Assembly: GCA_051746725.1 (NCBI GenBank)
Contig: JBNJFI010000067.1
Span: 1-11,566 of the forward strand
DNA from: Fusobacteriota bacterium
GTDB lineage: Bacteria; Fusobacteriota; Fusobacteriia; Fusobacteriales; JBNJFI01
Reading direction: 5' to 3'
DNA: 11,566 nucleotides
The position numbers and the translations under genes are program-made. A model generated the notes under the pieces. That model saw only the letters and a list, made by a program, of their open reading frames with translations, did no database searches and had not been told where the DNA came from. This document shows, piece after piece, positions 7,563-11,566 of this stretch (position 1 is its first letter; every line of letters starts with the position of its first letter).

Positions 7563-9353
7563 TTATTTTATATCAATAGCATCAAATTTACATGCATCAT
7601 AACATGCACCACATTTGATACATTCGTCTTGATTTATTTCATGTTTCTTTTTAACTTCCCCTGATATACAACTTACTGGGCAAACTCTTGCACATGCTGT
7701 ACATCCAATACATTTATTATTAATTACATATTGAACTAACTCTTCACATTCTCCAGCTGGACATTTTTTATCTGTAACATGAGCTAAATATTCATCATAA
7801 AAATTATCTAACGTTGATAATATTGGATTTGGAGCTGTTTGACCTAATCCACAAAGAGCTGTATCTTTTATTGTATTACCTAATCTTCTCAAATCATGTA
7901 AATCTTGTTTAGTTCCATTTCCTTTTGTTATTTTTTCTAGTGTTTCATATAATCTTTTTGTTCCAACTCTACAAGGAGTACATTTTCCACAAGTTTCTTC
8001 CACTGTAAAGTCTAGATAGAATTTAGATACAGATACCATACAGTTATCTTCATCCATTACTATCATTCCCCCAGAACCCATCATAGATCCTGCATCTAAT
8101 AAGTTATCAAAATCAATAGGAGTATCTAAGTGATCATCGGTTAAACATCCTCCAGATGGTCCACCAGTTTGAACTGCTTTAAATTTCTTACCACCTTTAA
8201 TTCCACCACCAATATCATATATAACTTCTCTTAAAGTCGTTCCCATTGGAACTTCTATTAATCCTACATTATTTACTTTTCCTGCCAGTGCAAATACTTT
8301 AGTTCCTGGAGATTTTGGAGTTCCAATTTTTTTAAACCAATCTGCCCCTTTATTTATAATTACCGGTATATTAGCTAATGTTTCTACATTATTTACATTT
8401 GTTGGTTTATTCCAAAATCCTGATTCTGCTGGGAAAGGAGGTTTTGTTGTTGGTTCTCCTCTTTCACCTTCCATAGATCTAAGTAAAGCAGTTTCTTCTC
8501 CACAAACAAATGCTCCTGCTCCATATTTAAGTTCTATATCAAAATCAAAACCAGACCCAAGTATATCTTTTCCTAATAATCCGAATTCTCTAGCTTGATC
8601 CATAGCTACTTTTAATCTCTTTATTGCCAATGGATATTCAGCTCTAATGTATACTAATCCCTTTGTTGCTCCTATAGCATATCCACAAATAGCCATTGCT
8701 TCAATCACTGAATGAGGATCTCCTTCTAATATAGATCTATCCATAAACGCTCCTGGATCTCCTTCATCTGCATTACAAACAACATATTTTTGATCAGCCT
8801 TATTTGCATTTGCAAATTGCCATTTAAGACCTGTAGGGAAACCTCCCCCTCCTCTACCTCTTAAGTTAGAGTCTTTTATAACTTTCACAACATCTTCATC
8901 ACTCATATCATTTAAACAAGTTCCTAAAGCTTGATATCCATCTCTCCCGATATATTCTTCAATATTTTCTGGATCAACAAATCCACAATTTCTCAAAGCT
9001 ATTCTCATCTGTTTTTTATAGAACCCCATCTTTTTTGAATCAGAAATAACCTCATCATTTGTAGGATCTTTAAATAATAATTTTTCTACTTTTCTACCTT
9101 TTATTAAGTGTTCCTCTATTATTTCATCAGCATCTTCTGGTTTTACTTCAACATAAAATGTATTATCTGGTAATATTTTAACTATTGGTCCTTTTTCACA
9201 AAATCCAAAGCAACCAGTTTGTAATACTTGAATTTCATCTTCCATACCTTTTTCTTTTAATTTTTTTTCCAAATCAGCTGCTAATACATCTGCACCTGAC
9301 GATATACAACCTGTACCTCCACAAACAAGTACATGCATTTTATAATCTGCCAT
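7563..9353 (-). CDS. hndC: NuoF-like FMN/NAD(H)-binding diaphorase subunit of the multimeric hydrogenase (HndC/HydB)
   Basis: 596 aa. N-terminal thioredoxin-like 2Fe-2S (CGGTGC..TGCFGFC), GRGGGGFPTG, CNADEGDPGAFMDR, GAGAFVCGEETAL, GGPSGG, CGKCTPCR..LCGLG and C-terminal 2x4Fe-4S (CIGCTACARVCP, CIKCGACYDAC). Confidence 0.95.
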   Translation of the reverse strand: MADYKMHVLVCGGTGCISSGADVLAADLEKKLKEKGMEDEIQVLQTGCFGFCEKGPIVKILPDNTFYVEVKPEDADEIIEEHLIKGRKVEKLLFKDPTNDEVISDSKKMGFYKKQMRIALRNCGFVDPENIEEYIGRDGYQALGTCLNDMSDEDVVKVIKDSNLRGRGGGGFPTGLKWQFANANKADQKYVVCNADEGDPGAFMDRSILEGDPHSVIEAMAICGYAIGATKGLVYIRAEYPLAIKRLKVAMDQAREFGLLGKDILGSGFDFDIELKYGAGAFVCGEETALLRSMEGERGEPTTKPPFPAESGFWNKPTNVNNVETLANIPVIINKGADWFKKIGTPKSPGTKVFALAGKVNNVGLIEVPMGTTLREVIYDIGGGIKGGKKFKAVQTGGPSGGCLTDDHLDTPIDFDNLLDAGSMMGSGGMIVMDEDNCMVSVSKFYLDFTVEETCGKCTPCRVGTKRLYETLEKITKGNGTKQDLHDLRRLGNTIKDTALCGLGQTAPNPILSTLDNFYDEYLAHVTDKKCPAGECEELVQYVINNKCIGCTACARVCPVSCISGEVKKKHEINQDECIKCGACYDACKFDAIDIK

Positions 9354-9374
9354 TACTAACCTCCATCCTTAGAT

Positions 9375-9776
9375 TTATTGTTCGTCAATTGTTTTATAAT
9401 TTTTTGGTATTATTCCATCTAAAAGTTCTCCGTTTTCAATATATTTTTCAATTATATCTTTTGCCTTTTCTTCATCTACATCTCCAAAAACTATAGGATC
9501 TTTTCCTGGAATTGTAACTTCTACTGTTGGTTCTGAATGACAAGCTCCCATACAACCTGTTTGAGTTATTACTACATCATCCATGTCTTTTTCATTTACT
9601 ATTTCCAAGAAAGTATCCATAGTTTCCTTTGCCCCTGAAGCAATTCCACATGTAGCCATACCAACTTTTATTTGAACAGCTTTTTCTCCTTTTTCTCCCT
9701 TTTCTCGTAAGTTGACCTTTGCTTGTAACTCACCTTTTAATTTCTTTAAATCGTCTAAAGATTTTATTTTAGCCAT
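9375..9776 (-). CDS. hndB: Thioredoxin-like (2Fe-2S) ferredoxin-domain subunit (HndB/HydD)
   Basis: 133 aa with motifs VGMATCGIASGA and QTGCMGACHSEPTVEV, located between the NuoE-like and NuoF-like genes as in hndABCD. Confidence 0.88.
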   Translation of the reverse strand: MAKIKSLDDLKKLKGELQAKVNLREKGEKGEKAVQIKVGMATCGIASGAKETMDTFLEIVNEKDMDDVVITQTGCMGACHSEPTVEVTIPGKDPIVFGDVDEEKAKDIIEKYIENGELLDGIIPKNYKTIDEQ

Positions 9777-9790
9777 TTTCCCCTCCTATT

Positions 9791-10279
9791 TTACTTATAA
9801 TTATTTATAATTTCTTCAACTTGATCAGGAGTAACATTTCCATAAACTTTTTCTCCAACTAGCACTACAGGTGCTAATCCACAAGCTCCAACGCATCTCA
9901 AAGAATCAACAGAAAATTCACCATCTTCTGAAGTTTCACCAGTTTCTAAATCTAATAATTTTTTAAATCTATCTAATACTTTTTCTGCACCTCTTACATA
10001 ACAAGCAGTTCCTGTACATACTGAAATCGGATATTTTCCTTTTGGTTTCATCGTAAAGAACGAATAAAAAGTGATTACACCATAAATTTTAGCTAATGGC
10101 AAATCCATTTTTTCTGATACAAAGCTTTGCACCTCTCTTGGTAAATAACCAAAAATTTCTTGGGCTTTATGTAAAACAGTTATTAAAGCACCTTTCTTTT
10201 CTGGTAACTCCTTAATAAATTTTTCTAATTCGTCATAACATTTTTTTGCTTCTTTGTTTTCTCCACAGTTTTCAGACAT
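9791..10279 (-). CDS. hndA: NuoE-like 2Fe-2S subunit (HndA/HydC)
   Basis: 162 aa with LITVLHKAQEIFGYLP, VITFYSFF, CTGTACYVRG and CVGACGLAP (four Cys ligands). SD GGAGGAGG at 10286-10293. Confidence 0.95.
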   Translation of the reverse strand: MSENCGENKEAKKCYDELEKFIKELPEKKGALITVLHKAQEIFGYLPREVQSFVSEKMDLPLAKIYGVITFYSFFTMKPKGKYPISVCTGTACYVRGAEKVLDRFKKLLDLETGETSEDGEFSVDSLRCVGACGLAPVVLVGEKVYGNVTPDQVEEIINNYK

Positions 10280-10329
10280 CTCTTTCCTCCTCCATTTTTT
10301 ATATTATCATCTTGTAATATAATAATACA

Positions 10330-10347
10330 TTATTACTAATTTCACAT
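10330..10347. promoter_or_regulatory. Possible Rex (NADH/NAD+ sensor) operator
   Basis: Minus strand ATGTGAA-atta-GTAATAA versus Rex consensus TTGT(G/T)AA-N4-TT(C/A)ACAA: one good half-site and one degenerate. Lies upstream of an NADH-linked hydrogenase. Confidence 0.35.
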
Positions 10348-10358
10348 AATTTTATAGA

Positions 10359-10424
10359 AATATAACCTCAAAACATTAGAGAAGCTCCTTTTTCAAGGAG
10401 TCTTATATTTTGAAGAGTTATATT
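10359..10424 (-). other. Long imperfect RNA stem-loop in the hydrogenase leader
   Basis: Minus-strand RNA pairs AAUAUAAC/GUUAUAUU, UCAAAAUAU/AUGUUUUGA (one G-U) and CUCCUU-GAAA-AAGGAG. Confidence 0.65.
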
Positions 10425-10469
10425 ATTAATATTTTTTATATTCATTTTGATATAATTAAACCATTAATC

Positions 10470-10498
10470 ATTTTATCATAAATACCCTTTTTTGTAAA
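10470..10498 (-). promoter_or_regulatory. Putative sigma70 promoter of the hydrogenase operon
   Basis: TTTACA (10498-10493), 17 nt, TAAAAT (10475-10470) with an extended -10 TG (TGaTAAAAT). The -35 begins immediately after the J-domain gene stop codon. Confidence 0.65.
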
Positions 10499-11026
10499 TT
10501 ACATTTTACGTTTTTTTATTTCATTATATGCTTCATTTATTTTTTTAAATTTTTTCTCATTTTCACTTTGCTGTTTTTGCCCCTTAGTCCCATGTAAATC
10601 TGGATGATACTTTTTTGCAAGTTTTTTATACTTTCTCTTTATTGTATCCATGCTATCACTTGGGCTCGCCCCTAAAATAGAATAATACTCATCTATACTA
10701 GTAGAACTGTTATTAAAACTATTATTTTGTTGCCTATATCCATAATCACTTTTCCAATTACTTCTTCTATTTTGTTTGAAAAACTCATCAAAATCATCAA
10801 AGTTTCCATAAAAACGCCATTTAAAGTTTTGTTTTTTATTTCTAGGTTTCTTCTTTTTAGTCATCCAATATATTATTAAAATAATAACAATTACAGGAAA
10901 ATTAAATAATATATATCCAAAACTTGTAAATAGAAGATATACTACAAAAAATGTTCCTAAAATATACATTGTTGTAGCTCCACCTAAAGTAAATAAAAGC
11001 AATAACAAAATACCTAAATATATCAT
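10499..11026 (-). CDS. Membrane-anchored J-domain protein (class C DnaJ, DjlA-like topology)
   Basis: 175 aa. Hydrophobic N-terminal ~55 aa, basic stretch, N/S/Q-rich linker, and C-terminal J-domain YYSILG..IKRKYKKLAKKYHPD..FKKINEAYNEI with intact HPD. Confidence 0.9.
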   Translation of the reverse strand: MIYLGILLLLLFTLGGATTMYILGTFFVVYLLFTSFGYILFNFPVIVIILIIYWMTKKKKPRNKKQNFKWRFYGNFDDFDEFFKQNRRSNWKSDYGYRQQNNSFNNSSTSIDEYYSILGASPSDSMDTIKRKYKKLAKKYHPDLHGTKGQKQQSENEKKFKKINEAYNEIKKRKM

Positions 11027-11047
11027 ATTTTACCTCTCTTAAGTCTC

Positions 11048-11566
11048 TTAATTTTCCAATTCATTGAATTTTTCTAAACTCTCTTCTTCTTTAAAGGCCT
11101 TAGGATCTATGTCATAAGCTGCTTTATATTCCCTAAGAGCTCTATTTATTCTACCGGTATCCTCATACTTAGTAGCAAAATCCATGTGCGCTCTATATAT
11201 ATCTAAATCTAGAAATATTGCAAAATCATAAGAAGTTATAGCTTCTTTTAGGTTCCCCAATAAAGAATAGGTATTCCCTAATATAAAATATACAAAAGGT
11301 TCTGTTGGATCTAAATCAATAGACTCTTCTAAATATAATCGTGCAGATTCTAATTTATCAGCTTCATAATATAAATAACCCAAAAAAGCTTTCACTTCTG
11401 CACTTTTAGGTTCTAATTTAACTAATTTTTTGTATATTTTTATAGCGCTATCTAATTCTTTTAAGTAATAACAAGTTGCACCAAGTTCTTCTAGTTTTTC
11501 AATATTATTTTCATCTTCCTCTAACTCTTTTTTTAACTTATTTTCATAATCTTCTAATTTATCTTT
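11048..11566 (-). CDS. Tetratricopeptide-repeat protein, 5'-truncated by the window edge
   Basis: The frame stays open for 57 more codons upstream of the track's GTG at 11395 (KDKLEDYENKLKKELEEDENNIEKLEELGATCYYLKELDSAIKIYKKLVKLEPKSAE). About four TPR units (LG..Y......A...Y..A..LDP). Confidence 0.9.
   Translation of the reverse strand, partial: KDKLEDYENKLKKELEEDENNIEKLEELGATCYYLKELDSAIKIYKKLVKLEPKSAEVKAFLGYLYYEADKLESARLYLEESIDLDPTEPFVYFILGNTYSLLGNLKEAITSYDFAIFLDLDIYRAHMDFATKYEDTGRINRALREYKAAYDIDPKAFKEEESLEKFNELEN

Noticed and set aside
9185..9496. Plus-strand 103-aa ORF
   Set aside because: Antisense across the hndB/hndC junction with shadow composition.
7563..10279. Respiratory complex I (nuoE/nuoF) or formate dehydrogenase module
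   Set aside because: No membrane Nuo or molybdopterin subunits. The adjacent gene has all three H-cluster motifs.
10312..10330. TTGTAATATAATAATACAT near-palindrome as a second Rex site
   Set aside because: Half-site spacing is one base off the 18-bp Rex geometry and the sequence is almost all A/T.
10410..10481. Plus-strand 23-aa hydrophobic ORF (TTG start, MKSYIINIFYIHFDIIKPLIILS) after AAGGAG, as a possible type I toxin or small protein
   Set aside because: The SD is just the other arm of the hairpin, there is no convincing plus-strand promoter, and Ile/Phe richness is expected from AT-rich DNA.
11393..11395. GTG start proposed by the ORF track for the TPR gene
   Set aside because: No SD, it falls inside a TPR repeat, and the frame is open to the window edge, so the true start lies outside.

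Overview
AT-rich bacterial DNA with every credible gene on the minus strand, in three blocks (right to left). (1) A 5'-truncated TPR protein and a membrane-anchored C-terminal J-domain (DjlA-like) co-chaperone. (2) A compact four-gene HndABCD/HydCDBA-type [FeFe]-hydrogenase operon with sequence signatures of the electron-bifurcating group A3. It has its own promoter, a long structured leader and a clear intrinsic terminator. (3) An alpha-glucoside (trehalose/maltose-type) utilisation operon: a TreS-like GH13 enzyme, a solute-binding protein, two CUT1 permeases and the first 50 codons of a MalK/MsmX-type ATPase that the ORF track missed. This operon has a perfect TTGACA-17-TATAAT promoter flanked by two LacI-type operators. 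The non-lipidated binding protein suggests a diderm anaerobe. I see no CRISPR array, mobile element or tRNA/rRNA. The gene content is mostly known biology. The most unusual items are the ~185-nt hydrogenase leader hairpin that hides an SD plus Met-Phe-stop mini-ORF, the mosaic TreS/amylosucrase-like GH13 enzyme, the ~135-aa helical insertion in the MalF-like permease, and the two-operator promoter.
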